NCBI GenBank assembly: GCA_965203325.1 | Contig: OZ241875.1 | Coordinates: 4,192,001 to 4,256,000 of the forward strand | Origin: a bacterium | Lineage (GTDB): Bacteria > UBA8248 | Direction of reading: 5' to 3' | DNA: 64,000 bases | In this document: in pieces, positions 1 to 9,437 of the stretch | Position numbering within the stretch: the first letter of the stretch is position 1 | How the letters are laid out: each line of letters starts with the position of its first letter | Program-made: the position numbers and the translations under genes | Notes under the pieces: model-generated | Database searches by the model: none | The model's input: only the letters and a program-made list of their open reading frames with translations | Told to the model about the DNA's origin: nothing

Positions 1-639
1 CCAGATATCGTCGTAGGGGTAGGGTTCGTGAGACAGCGTGCATGCGCCGGTGATCTTCACGGCGACGTTGTCGTAATCCGCAAGCGCCAGGAGACCGGGG
101 AGGTCGGCGAATGGTTCCGGCGGCGCCGGCGGGTGGAAAGGCTGCTCCAGACCTAAGTGATCGAGGACCAGCATCGTGCCCGGATGCGCGCGCGCATACC
201 GTGCGAAATGCTCCAGCAAGCCCCAGCACATGAGGTTGACCGGCATGGAGGCGCGGGCGGCGGCGGCGAGAACCCGGTCGATCCCCGGATGCGCGGGGTC
301 GAGGCCGGGGCCGGGGTTCAGCATAATGCGCACCCCCACCGTCCCTTCCTGCGCGGCCCAGTCGGCGATCGTCTCCCCGACTGCGGGGTCGGTCGGGTCG
401 ACCGGCTTGATCAGGGCGAACCGGCCCGGATGCGCGGCATGGACTTCGAGCGCATAGGAGGCGTCGTAGCGGTAGAGCGCGAACGGCGAGATGAGCACGG
501 CGGCGTCGACGCCGACGGCGTCCATGGCCGCGGCCATGTCATTACCCGTAACTTCGGGCGGTCCCGGCAGGGTGCCGGCCCACGGCCGCCCCGGATGGTC
601 CCTCTCATAAGCGTGGACCTGGGCGTCTATCGTCAGCAT
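1..639 (-). CDS. Amidohydrolase family protein (runs off window start)
   Basis: Not in the ORF track. Manual translation from ATG at 639 gives MLTIDAQVHAYERDHPGRPW...LVLDHLGLEQP...NVAVKITGACTLSHEPYPYDDIW, with amidohydrolase-2-like motifs. Confidence 0.8.
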   Translation of the reverse strand, partial: MLTIDAQVHAYERDHPGRPWAGTLPGPPEVTGNDMAAAMDAVGVDAAVLISPFALYRYDASYALEVHAAHPGRFALIKPVDPTDPAVGETIADWAAQEGTVGVRIMLNPGPGLDPAHPGIDRVLAAAARASMPVNLMCWGLLEHFARYARAHPGTMLVLDHLGLEQPFHPPAPPEPFADLPGLLALADYDNVAVKITGACTLSHEPYPYDDIW

Positions 640-734
640 GGCTTACGTCTCCGGGTTGGCGGGCAAGGGCGCCATGATTCCGTTTCGCTACGCTACCACA
701 TCGGCCATTTTCGCCGCTATGCCCTGTGAGCGCC

Positions 735-977
735 TCACCCCCCCACGATAGGCGGGAACACACAAAGCTCGGAACCTTCGGGTATCACGACTGATTTCTT
801 GGCGTGCCGCCCGTCGAGCAGGACGATATAGGCTTCTTCATAAGGTATCTCGAAGCGGTCGAGCACATCGTATATGCTGGCGCCCTCGGGCAGCGTGATT
901 TCGGCGGTGCCCTCCGCATCCTGTTCGGCTGGCATCTTCTCCGCGAAATCGGCGAACAATTTGATGCGGATATTCAT
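735..977 (-). CDS. MoaD/ThiS family ubiquitin-like sulfur carrier
   Basis: 80 aa from MNIRIKLFA, ending FPPIVGG (C-terminal diglycine). Confidence 0.85.
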   Translation of the reverse strand: MNIRIKLFADFAEKMPAEQDAEGTAEITLPEGASIYDVLDRFEIPYEEAYIVLLDGRHAKKSVVIPEGSELCVFPPIVGG

Positions 978-1046
978 GGATAGTCTCTCGCTTCTTTCTT
1001 CCCGGGGCTGCACGGCGCCTCACGCATCACCTGTGAATGCGTATCT

Positions 1047-2285
1047 TTAAGACCCGCTCCCCGTCAATTCCCTCGCGCGAGCGAAGGCCGCCTCGATCAC
1101 CTGTTTGAGGGGAACCCCGCTTTCCTCCGCCAGGCGCCTGCAGTCTTCGTATTCGGGCGCGAGATTCGTGAGGGCACCCTCGAAAGTCCCTCGCTTGACG
1201 CGCACACGGCCCCAGGGGAGGTCGACCTCCACCCATTCGCGCTCGGCGACCGCGCGACCCGTCGTGCGGCGGCGGACGCCCAGGGTCGAAGTCTCGCGGA
1301 ACAGGAAGCGGGTTAAGGCGTCTTGTTTCGCCAGGGGACTTAAGATCGTGAGCAGTTGTCCGGGCCTTCCCTTCTTGCCCGTCACGGGTATGGAGAACGC
1401 ATCGAGCGCGCCCGCCTTAAGCGCCCCTTCGATGACGTGCGGGAACAGTTCGGGGCTCATGTCGTCGATGTTGGCTTCGAGCACGCAGATGGTGGCGGGC
1501 GGCTCGTCGCCTACGGCACCCGCCTCGCTTTCTCCCAAAAAGGCGCGGACGACGTTGGGGGTGTCCGGCTGGTCCTTGTCCCCCGCACCGTAGCCCACCC
1601 GCGCTATCGTCATCTCGGGCATGGGGCCGAAAAATTCCGCGCTCTCGGTGAGCAACAAGGCCCCCGTGGGGGTCAGGACCTCGCCTTCGAGGTCGCTCTG
1701 CGCCACGGGCGCGCCTTCGAGCAGCTTGGCGGTCGCGGGCGCCGGGACCGGCATCCGTCCGTGCGCGCATTGGACGAACCCGCTCCCCACAGGCAGCGGA
1801 GAGGCCGCCACCCGCTCGACGCCCAGCATGTGGAGACCCAGAAAATAGCCCGTGACGTCGATGATGGAATCAATCGCGCCGACCTCGTGGAAATGAACCG
1901 CGTCGACCTCGACCCCGTGAATGCCCGCCTCCACGACGCCCAGGCGATAAAACGCGGCGACGGCGCGGCTTTTGGGGGTTTCCGGTATCGGCGCATTTTC
2001 GAGGACTTCCCGAATCTGGCTGTAGGAGCGGCCGTGATGGTGTGAGCCGTGAGAATGCCCCTCTCCGTGGTGATGATGGTGTGCTTCATGGGTGATGTTC
2101 ACACTGAACTTTTGGGAGGTAACGCCTTGTTTCAAAACGCTATCAGCCGAAAGGGAATAGCCGCTGATTTCCAACTTCGCGAGTTCCTCTTCCAAGGCCG
2201 AGAAGTCCAGCCCCAAGTCTATCAGGGCGCCCACGAGCATATCCCCGGCGGCGCCGGCGAAGCAGTCGAAGTAGATGGTCTTCAT
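1047..2285 (-). CDS. larC: Nickel pincer cofactor nickel insertase LarC
   Basis: MKTIYFDCFAGAAGDM, His-rich linker, HFHEVGAIDSIID, CAHGRMPVPAPAT, EANIDD, APEYEDC. Start re-called at the ATG overlapping the larB stop. Confidence 0.92.
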   Translation of the reverse strand: MKTIYFDCFAGAAGDMLVGALIDLGLDFSALEEELAKLEISGYSLSADSVLKQGVTSQKFSVNITHEAHHHHHGEGHSHGSHHHGRSYSQIREVLENAPIPETPKSRAVAAFYRLGVVEAGIHGVEVDAVHFHEVGAIDSIIDVTGYFLGLHMLGVERVAASPLPVGSGFVQCAHGRMPVPAPATAKLLEGAPVAQSDLEGEVLTPTGALLLTESAEFFGPMPEMTIARVGYGAGDKDQPDTPNVVRAFLGESEAGAVGDEPPATICVLEANIDDMSPELFPHVIEGALKAGALDAFSIPVTGKKGRPGQLLTILSPLAKQDALTRFLFRETSTLGVRRRTTGRAVAEREWVEVDLPWGRVRVKRGTFEGALTNLAPEYEDCRRLAEESGVPLKQVIEAAFARARELTGSGS

Positions 2286-3040
2286 GTGGCGGCCGTTTGT
2301 CTGTTGATGAGGTGCGCCTGACACGCCGCGCCGAATCCGTTGTCGATGTTCACCACGCTCAAGCCCGAAGCGCACGAGTTCAGCATGGCGAAAAGCGCCG
2401 TCAGCCCGCCCAGGTTCGCGCCGTAGCCCACCGAGGTGGGCACTGCGATGACCGGGCACGCCACCAGCCCTGCGACCACAGACGGCAGGGCGCCCTCCAT
2501 GCCCGCCACGGCGATTACGGCGTTCGCCTCGCGCAGGGTCTCGACTTCCGCCAGGAGGCGGTGCAGGCCCGCCACACCCACGTCGTAGACGCGCGTCACG
2601 TTTGAACCCAGCACCCGCGCGGTCACCGCCGCCTCCTCGGCGACGGGCATGTCGGAGGTGCCCGCGCAAACGACCGCGATAGAACCGACAAGAGCGGGCG
2701 GATTTTCGCAAGGGATTTCGACGATGCGTGCGGTTTCGTGGTGGTTCGCGCGGGCGGATAATTCGAGCAGGGCTTCGGCCTGCTCTGTGCCCGCGTGGGT
2801 GACCATGACCGTTTGTTCTTTCTCCATCATGCTCTTTGCGATTTCGACGACCTGCTCCCTGGTTTTGCCTGCGCCGAAGATGACTTCGGGAAAGCCGTTC
2901 CTCAAGGCGCGGTGGTGATCCACCCGTGTGTGGCCCAAGTCCTCGAAGGGCAGGTCGCGAAGACGCGCGGCGGCCTCATCGGGCGCGAGGCGGCCCCCTT
3001 TCACCTGCTCCAGCAGATCGCGGATGAGTTCCGGGTTCAC
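2282..3040 (-). CDS. larB: Nickel pincer cofactor carboxylase/hydrolase LarB (PurE-like)
   Basis: DHHRALRNGFPEVIFG, AGTSD, DVGVAG, AGMEGALPS, PTSVGYG, VNIDNGFGAA. Confidence 0.93.
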   Translation of the reverse strand: MNPELIRDLLEQVKGGRLAPDEAAARLRDLPFEDLGHTRVDHHRALRNGFPEVIFGAGKTREQVVEIAKSMMEKEQTVMVTHAGTEQAEALLELSARANHHETARIVEIPCENPPALVGSIAVVCAGTSDMPVAEEAAVTARVLGSNVTRVYDVGVAGLHRLLAEVETLREANAVIAVAGMEGALPSVVAGLVACPVIAVPTSVGYGANLGGLTALFAMLNSCASGLSVVNIDNGFGAACQAHLINRQTAAT

Positions 3041-3885
3041 GAGAGGATGAGGAGATCGGAGCCGCGCTCGGTTTTAAGCACTTCGTTCATGCTCCCCGAG
3101 CGGAACCCTTCGAGATCGATGGTCACGTAGGTGAAGCCGGCCTCTTTCATCCGGGCGATCACTTGCTGTGCGATTTCATCGTCCACCAGCCGCGCGATGT
3201 CGGTATTCGGCACCTCGATTCTGGCGACGTCGCCGTGGTGGCGCACCCGCAACTGCCGAAAGCCCAACTCCCGCAAGCCGCTTTCCGCCTTTTCGACCTG
3301 GGCGATTTTCTCGGGCGTGATGCGGTCGCCGTAAGGGAAGCGGCTCGAGAGGCACGCCTGCGCCGGCTTGTCCCAGGTGGGGAGGCCGAAGGATTGGGAA
3401 AGGGTGCGGATGTCCTCTTTCGTCATGTCCGCTTCCATGAGCGGGCTCCGCACGCCCAGTTCCCGCGCCGCCTGCATGCCGGGGCGGTGATCGCCCACGT
3501 CGTCGGCGTTCGAGCCGTCGACGATCACGGCCATCTTCTCTTCGGCAGCCACGCGGCTCAGGACGGAATAGAGCTCGTTCTTGCAGAAATAACAGCGGTT
3601 CGGCGGGTTGTTCCCGAATGATTCATCGGCTATCTCGTCGGTGTCGACGATGAGGTGGCGAATCCCGATTTGAGCTGCGAGTACGCGCGATTCTTCGAGT
3701 TCGGATGCGGCCAGGGTGACGGAGCGGCCCGTGACGGCGAGCGCGCCTGAGCCCAGGACGTCATAAGCCGCTTTGGCCAGAAAGGTGCTGTCCACCCCCG
3801 CCGAGAACGCGACCAGAACACTTCCCATCTCTTCGAGGGTTCGTTCGAGTCTTTTCAGTTTCACGTCGGGCTTCGCATCGCTCAA
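3037..3885 (-). CDS. larE: PP-loop sulfur transferase LarE
   Basis: AFSAGVDS PP-loop, RCYFCK, DHRPG, ACLSSRFPYG, GFRSGSMN; operonic with larBC. Confidence 0.92.
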   Translation of the reverse strand: MSDAKPDVKLKRLERTLEEMGSVLVAFSAGVDSTFLAKAAYDVLGSGALAVTGRSVTLAASELEESRVLAAQIGIRHLIVDTDEIADESFGNNPPNRCYFCKNELYSVLSRVAAEEKMAVIVDGSNADDVGDHRPGMQAARELGVRSPLMEADMTKEDIRTLSQSFGLPTWDKPAQACLSSRFPYGDRITPEKIAQVEKAESGLRELGFRQLRVRHHGDVARIEVPNTDIARLVDDEIAQQVIARMKEAGFTYVTIDLEGFRSGSMNEVLKTERGSDLLILS

Positions 3886-4120
3886 GATGAGTCTCCGTTC
3901 GACGGCTGGTTTGGCGTATTCTATCCCGTCCGCCTCACCAAGGGCAACGCATCGACATTCAGGGCGCTATGGCGTATGACGATCTCCGGTTACCGGGCGG
4001 GCGGATGCCGCGAGCGCCCCCGATCGCCGGGGTGTGGCCAAATCGCACTGAATAGTCTATATGTTCGCCGTTCGGGGAGTTCGGGACGAGGACGATAAAG
4101 AGAGGGCTAGGGCTTTGAAC

Positions 4121-5203
4121 GTGGAAGAGTTGTTGAGAAGGGGCGTCTCGTCGCTCAAGGCGTATGTGCCGGGGCGCTCCATCGAGGAGGTGGCCGCCGA
4201 GTACGGGCTGAGCGAGGTCGTGAAGCTCGCCAGCAACGAGAATGCGCTCGGCCCCGCACCTGGTGCGGTGGATGCGATTCGCGGCGCGCTCGACGGCCTG
4301 CACCGCTACCCCGACGGCGGGGCGAAGGCGCTGGCGGGGCGTCTGGCGCAGAAACTGGGCGTCTCCCCGGCCTGCGTGTTCATGGGAAACGGGGGCGACG
4401 ACGTTCTCTCCATATTGAGCAGGACGTTTCTGAACGAAGGCGACGAGGTGGTCATCCCCCAACCCACCTTCAGCCCCTACGCGCACGTGAGCCGGGTGAT
4501 GGGCGCACGGGTCGTTTTCTCGCCCCTGCGCGACATGCGAATCGATTTGGACGACGTTCTCGCCAGGGTTTCCGGGCGCACGAAAATCATATTCCTCTGC
4601 TCACCGAACAACCCCACGGGCGGGATTTTGACCGAAGGCGAGCTCGTCGCCTTTCTCGAAAAACTGCCCGAAGGCCTCCTGGTGCTCCTGGATGAGGCCT
4701 ATGGCGATTTCGCGGACGATCCTTCGTATCCCGACAGCGTCTCCATGGTCGAGCGCTTCCCACTCGTCGTCCTGCGCTCGTTCTCGAAAATCTACGGTCT
4801 GGCGGGACTGCGCGTGGGATTCGCCGTGAGCCGGGAGGGCGTCGTCGGATACATGAACCGCGTCCGCGAGCCTTTCAACGTGAATCAGCTCGCGCAGGCG
4901 GCGGCCCTGGCCGCGCTGGAAGACGACGGCTACAAGGAACGCGCCGTCACGCTGGTGCGCGCGGGCAGGGAAGCGCTCTATGCGGCGTTTGGCGAGATGG
5001 AGCTCGAATACGTGGAGAGCCAGGCCAATTTCATCTTCGTGCGCGTGGGCGAGGGCGACGCTGTGATGAGTGCCCTGATGCGCGAGGGCGTCATCGTTCG
5101 TCCCGGCAGCGCTTTCGGGCATCCCGAATGGATTCGCGTCACCGTCGGACTCCCCGGGGAGAACGCGCGCTTTCTCTCGAAGCTCAGAGATTTTCTCGTC
5201 TGA
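4121..5203 (+). CDS. hisC: Histidinol-phosphate aminotransferase
   Basis: KLASNEN, SPNNPTG, DEAY, RSFSKIYGLAGLRVG (PLP lysine). Start approximate. Confidence 0.88.
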   Translation: MEELLRRGVSSLKAYVPGRSIEEVAAEYGLSEVVKLASNENALGPAPGAVDAIRGALDGLHRYPDGGAKALAGRLAQKLGVSPACVFMGNGGDDVLSILSRTFLNEGDEVVIPQPTFSPYAHVSRVMGARVVFSPLRDMRIDLDDVLARVSGRTKIIFLCSPNNPTGGILTEGELVAFLEKLPEGLLVLLDEAYGDFADDPSYPDSVSMVERFPLVVLRSFSKIYGLAGLRVGFAVSREGVVGYMNRVREPFNVNQLAQAAALAALEDDGYKERAVTLVRAGREALYAAFGEMELEYVESQANFIFVRVGEGDAVMSALMREGVIVRPGSAFGHPEWIRVTVGLPGENARFLSKLRDFLV

Positions 5204-5388
5204 AGCCGTTTCAAGCGGCGGAATCAGGAAAAGAGTATACGCACGTTCTCCGGGTCGGGGCTGATTGCAGGAGACGTATGTGGGGTTGTTGAAAAGCCAC
5301 ATCGCAGGATAAATCGCGACAGAAGAAAGAAATCTTGCCGAGAACAGGTCGCGCTACTAGACCTTCCCGGAGCGTATCTGAAAATAGG

Positions 5389-5432
5389 AACCCCCCGACG
5401 CCGGAGATTTTCACCTCCGGCGTCGGGGGGTT
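5389..5432. terminator. GC-rich hairpin between convergent hisC and HU genes
   Basis: aaccccccgacgccggag ... ctccggcgtcggggggtt inverted repeat. Confidence 0.7.
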
Positions 5433-5479
5433 CGCTCTATCGGATGATTCTTGTCCGAAGCGTCCTCAAAAGTCGGCGT

Positions 5480-5755
5480 TTATTTGTTCACAGCGTCTTT
5501 GAGGCTCTTGCCTGCGGAGAACTTGGGCGCCTTGCTCGCCTTGATCGAGATTGTCTCGCCCGTTTGCGGGTTGCGTCCCGTGCGCGCAGACCGCCGGGAA
5601 ACGGAAAAAGTCCCGAATCCGACAAGGGAAACGCGATTCCCTTTTTTCAGGGCTTGCGTCACGGAATCAAGCAAGGATTTTAGCGCCCGGTCCGCCGCGG
5701 CTTTTGATATGCCGGCATCCCCGGCGATTTTTTCTACCAGATCGGATCTCTGCAT
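5480..5755 (-). CDS. hup: DNA-binding protein HU
   Basis: [35 protein letters not shown]. Confidence 0.93.
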   Translation of the reverse strand: MQRSDLVEKIAGDAGISKAAADRALKSLLDSVTQALKKGNRVSLVGFGTFSVSRRSARTGRNPQTGETISIKASKAPKFSAGKSLKDAVNK

Positions 5756-6030
5756 GGGGGTTCTCCCACTTTCAATGACGGGCCTTAACAAAAAATTGGT
5801 AGTCCAAATGTTTTTCTAAAGAGACGTAGCAATCTATCGTAGCCGCGCAGAGAGGTCAATAGAGAACATGGCGAAGAGCGGGATTTTTTATCAAGAGGCG
5901 AGAGTTTATGTGTATAAGTATTTTTATATCAATTGCTTAGAAGATCAAAAAATCTTTACCGAAACTTGGAGGCAGGGAGCGCTCGCGTTTTCGTTGTTTC
6001 GTGCAATTTTCGCTCGATGGATGCTTCGAA

Positions 6031-7752
6031 CTAGCGGAGCGACAGTCCGGTGCGGCGCGGCATTTTGCGAAGTCGCTCGTAGCGCGCCACGTGCGGCTGG
6101 TCGAGCAGGGGCTTGGGTTCGTTCTCGAGGTTTTGCTGGTGAACGTCGTCCGGGAAACCCTCGATACCGACCCTGGGCAGTGCTTTGCCGATGAAGCGTT
6201 CGATGTTCTTGACGGGCGTGATTTCACCGGGCGACATGAGCGTCATGGCGTAGCCGATGCGGCCAGCTCGCGCCGTTCGTCCTGCGCGATGCACGTAGTC
6301 CTCGGGGTATTCGGGCACGTCGTAATTGATGACGTGGGAGATGCCCGTCACGTCGATGCCGCGCGAAACGATGTCCGTCGCCACGAGAATGCGGTGCTTG
6401 CCCTGGCGAAAGCCCGCCAGCGCGCGCTCCCTCTGGCGCTGGCTTCTGTCGGAGTGAATCTTGGCGACGGCAATTTTCTCGTTCTCCAGGAAATTGCACA
6501 GCACATCGGCCCCGGCCTTGGTTCTCGTGAAGATGAGAACGCTGGTGGGGTTGTACTTGTCGATGATGCCCAGCACGCCGCGGGGTTTGTTCGCCATGCT
6601 GATGGGGTAGACGCCGTGGTGGATGCCCTCCGCCGGCGTCGAGGGCGGCGAGATGTTGATTTGCACCGGGTCGCTCACCGCGCGATTCGCCAGGTCCTGA
6701 ATTTTCTCGGGCATGGTGGCGGAGAAGAGCATGGTTTGCCGCTTTTGGGGCAGGCGCTTAAGGATTTCGGTGATCTCCTCGGCGAAGCCCATGTCCAGCA
6801 TCCGGTCGGCCTCGTCGATGATGAGTATCTCCAGTTTCCTGAAATGAACGGATTTGCGCTTCAGGTGATCGAGCAGTCTGCCGGGTGTGGCGACGACGAC
6901 GTCCACGTTCGCCTGAAAGGCCTGGAACTGCGGCTCGTAGTCCACCCCGCCGTAGATGACGGCGCACGAGGTTTCGAGGTGTTTTCCCAGCCGGTGGAAT
7001 TGCTCCGAAACCTGGATGGCCAACTCCCGCGTGGGCGTCAGGACGAGGCATCGAGTGCCCGAGCCGCCTTGGAGGCGTTCGAGCGTCGGCAGGGCGAACG
7101 AGGCCGTTTTCCCCGTGCCCGTCTGGGCGCAGCCGATGATGTCGCGTCCCTCGCGCGCGAGGGGTATCGCCTCCCGCTGGATGGGGGTGGGGGCGTCGAA
7201 CCCGAGGCCGTGAATCCCGCGGAGCAGCTCCGCCCCGAAGCCGAGCTCCCGGAAGCCCTCGGGCGCGTCTGCGACGTCGAAATCGTCCACGCCGAAGTCG
7301 GCGGGGTCTTTTTGGTAGGTGATGCCGTTATAAGAGGGATTCGCGGCTTTCTGGGATTTTTGCGGTGCGGTTTTCGCTCCGGCTGTTGCGGGTTTTTTCT
7401 TGCGACGCCTTCTTGTCCTTTTGTTTTTGGATGTTTTGTCGTCGTTTTCCGGTTTTTTCGATTCTATGGTCGCTGCGTTTTGCTTATGCAAGTCATCTCC
7501 ATTATTTTGTTTTCTCCGGGGGCGTCGGCGACGACGGCGCTTGTTCCCGGGATTCGTCCTTTCCTGGTCGGTTTTTCCTTGCGGGGATTCACCGTTGAGG
7601 GGTGTCGAGGCGGAAAGCGTGTCGCTCCGCTCGGCATTGTCTGCGGATGATATGGAAGCTGTTTCCTGAACCTCGGGACTTGACTGGCTATCAGGGGCTT
7701 CTGCTTTGCTTTTGGAGCGAATGATGCTCGCTAAACGTTTGATTATTCTCAC
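6031..7752 (-). CDS. DEAD-box RNA helicase (RhlE-like) with long basic N-terminal extension
   Basis: Q motif PTPIQ, AQTGTGKT, PTRELA, DEAD, SAT, HRAGRTAR. Confidence 0.92.
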   Translation of the reverse strand: MRIIKRLASIIRSKSKAEAPDSQSSPEVQETASISSADNAERSDTLSASTPLNGESPQGKTDQERTNPGNKRRRRRRPRRKQNNGDDLHKQNAATIESKKPENDDKTSKNKRTRRRRKKKPATAGAKTAPQKSQKAANPSYNGITYQKDPADFGVDDFDVADAPEGFRELGFGAELLRGIHGLGFDAPTPIQREAIPLAREGRDIIGCAQTGTGKTASFALPTLERLQGGSGTRCLVLTPTRELAIQVSEQFHRLGKHLETSCAVIYGGVDYEPQFQAFQANVDVVVATPGRLLDHLKRKSVHFRKLEILIIDEADRMLDMGFAEEITEILKRLPQKRQTMLFSATMPEKIQDLANRAVSDPVQINISPPSTPAEGIHHGVYPISMANKPRGVLGIIDKYNPTSVLIFTRTKAGADVLCNFLENEKIAVAKIHSDRSQRQRERALAGFRQGKHRILVATDIVSRGIDVTGISHVINYDVPEYPEDYVHRAGRTARAGRIGYAMTLMSPGEITPVKNIERFIGKALPRVGIEGFPDDVHQQNLENEPKPLLDQPHVARYERLRKMPRRTGLSLR

Positions 7753-7830
7753 GGTGAGCTTTTATAGGGAAGATGCTCGCGTCTGTCAAGCGGGGTATGC
7801 GAGGACTTGCAGTTGGAGGGGAGCCTGTTC

Positions 7831-8832
7831 ATGACGCAAAAAGGGGTCGTATTGTGGCATCAGGAGACCATCGACGCGCGCGACGTGCCGCGTTTCGCCC
7901 GGTGGTGCGAGAATTCGGGAATCGACTCGCTCTGGTTTCCCGAAACCTGGGTGCGCGACGGCGGTATCCTCATCGCCATGGCGGCGCAGGCGGTGGACGG
8001 CATCAATCTGGGGGCCGCGGTGTTCAACATCTACGGCAGAACGCCCGGCCTCATGGCGCAGACGGCGGCGGAACTCGACGTGCTGAGCAACGGCCGCTTC
8101 CACTTGGGAATCGGCTCGAGCGGACAGGCGGTGATCGAGAACTGGCACGGGATGCCCTTCGGCAGTCCGCTCAAGCGCTCGCGTGAGATGGTCGCAGCCC
8201 TGCGTCAGGCGTTTCGCGGCGAGCGCGTGGAATTGGAGGGTGAAATCTACCGGCTGAGCGGCTTCAAGCTGCGCCGCAAGCCGGTGCAGGAGCGCCTGCC
8301 CATCTACCTGGGGTCGAACGGCCCGAACTACACGAGGCTGACCGGAGAGATCGCAGACGGCTGGATTCCTTTCTGCATTCCGTTTTCGAGAACAAGGGAT
8401 GCCCTTAAACTCCTCGAAGAAGGCGCCGAATCGGCGGGCAGGGCGGTCTCGGAGGTCGACGTGGCGCCCTTCGTCTACACGGCGCCGTTTGACGATCTCG
8501 ATCGCGCGCGCGCCCTCGTGAAGCCCGAACTGGGCTTTTACATCGCCGCGATGGGCGATTACTACCAGGCGCAACTCACGCGCTGGGGCTACGGGGAGGA
8601 TGCTCAAAAAATCCGGGCGGCTTGGAGGAAGGGCGGCCGGAAAGCAGTGGGAGAGGCGCTCTCGGATGAACTGGTGGATGACCTCGCCATCTGCGGCCCC
8701 AAATCCAGATGCAACGAAATGCTGGCCGCTCTCCGGGAGATGGGCGTCACGCAGCCGCTTTTCCGGATACCTGACGAGACGTCCGAAGAGGACGTGAAGC
8801 GCGCGCTCGGGGTTTTGGGAGAACTAGACTGA
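7831..8832 (+). CDS. LLM-class (luciferase-like) flavin/F420-dependent oxidoreductase
   Basis: LWFPETW, RTPGLMAQTAAELDVLSNGRFHLGIGSSG, GEIADGW. Confidence 0.85.
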   Translation: MTQKGVVLWHQETIDARDVPRFARWCENSGIDSLWFPETWVRDGGILIAMAAQAVDGINLGAAVFNIYGRTPGLMAQTAAELDVLSNGRFHLGIGSSGQAVIENWHGMPFGSPLKRSREMVAALRQAFRGERVELEGEIYRLSGFKLRRKPVQERLPIYLGSNGPNYTRLTGEIADGWIPFCIPFSRTRDALKLLEEGAESAGRAVSEVDVAPFVYTAPFDDLDRARALVKPELGFYIAAMGDYYQAQLTRWGYGEDAQKIRAAWRKGGRKAVGEALSDELVDDLAICGPKSRCNEMLAALREMGVTQPLFRIPDETSEEDVKRALGVLGELD

Positions 8833-8836
8833 ATAT

Positions 8837-9361
8837 CTAAGCGGGGTATCGCCCCCAGCCTGCGATGTGGCCCCTCAGATAGCATATCTGCCCGACGTGC
8901 GAGAGGTGGTCGCCGAGAAATCTCCCCAGAACCAGACCGAGCTTGATGGGCTTCTTCGTGTAGAAATCGATTTCTTCCCTGTCGAGGTCCGCCGCGCTCA
9001 ACCCCGAGAGGCAGGGGAGCGTTTTCCCGCGCACCGCTTCGAAATAGCCCATCAGGGCGTCCTTGCTGGCTCTAAGGGCCAGGACCTGTTCGAGCGTGAA
9101 GCCCACGCCTGTGCATTCGGGGTCGGGCTCCATGCCGAACCGCTCGTGCCATTTCCCCTCTATCCAGAGCTCCGGGGTTCTGCCGAGGAACGAAAACGTC
9201 CTGTCCTCGAAGCGCGTCATGTGCCAGATGAGCCAGCCCATGGGGTTGTCGTTCGGGCCGGGCTGAAGCATGAGGTCCTCGTCGGTGACGTCTTCCATGA
9301 CTTCTCTGAGCCGCATGCCGTAGGCTTCGAGGCGCTCCCTGATGATTGTCGGCGCGTCCAT
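8837..9361 (-). CDS. DinB family protein
   Basis: NPMGWLIWHM...DHLSHVGQICYLRG His pattern. Confidence 0.8.
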   Translation of the reverse strand: MDAPTIIRERLEAYGMRLREVMEDVTDEDLMLQPGPNDNPMGWLIWHMTRFEDRTFSFLGRTPELWIEGKWHERFGMEPDPECTGVGFTLEQVLALRASKDALMGYFEAVRGKTLPCLSGLSAADLDREEIDFYTKKPIKLGLVLGRFLGDHLSHVGQICYLRGHIAGWGRYPA

Positions 9362-9437
9362 GCCGGGCCTCCTCCGTTCGTTGCGGAAACGAAAAGCGCC
9401 CCTCGAAAACGGGGGCGCATTTCAAAGACGAATTTCG

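Noticed and set aside
2286..2711. N-terminal extension of LarC in the ORF track
   Set aside because: Overlaps larB in another frame; LarC homology starts at MKTIYFD.
6001..7650. Long antisense ORFs (e.g. 549 aa opposite the helicase; others opposite the adhesin genes)
   Set aside because: Shadow frames expected in high-GC coding DNA; no motifs.
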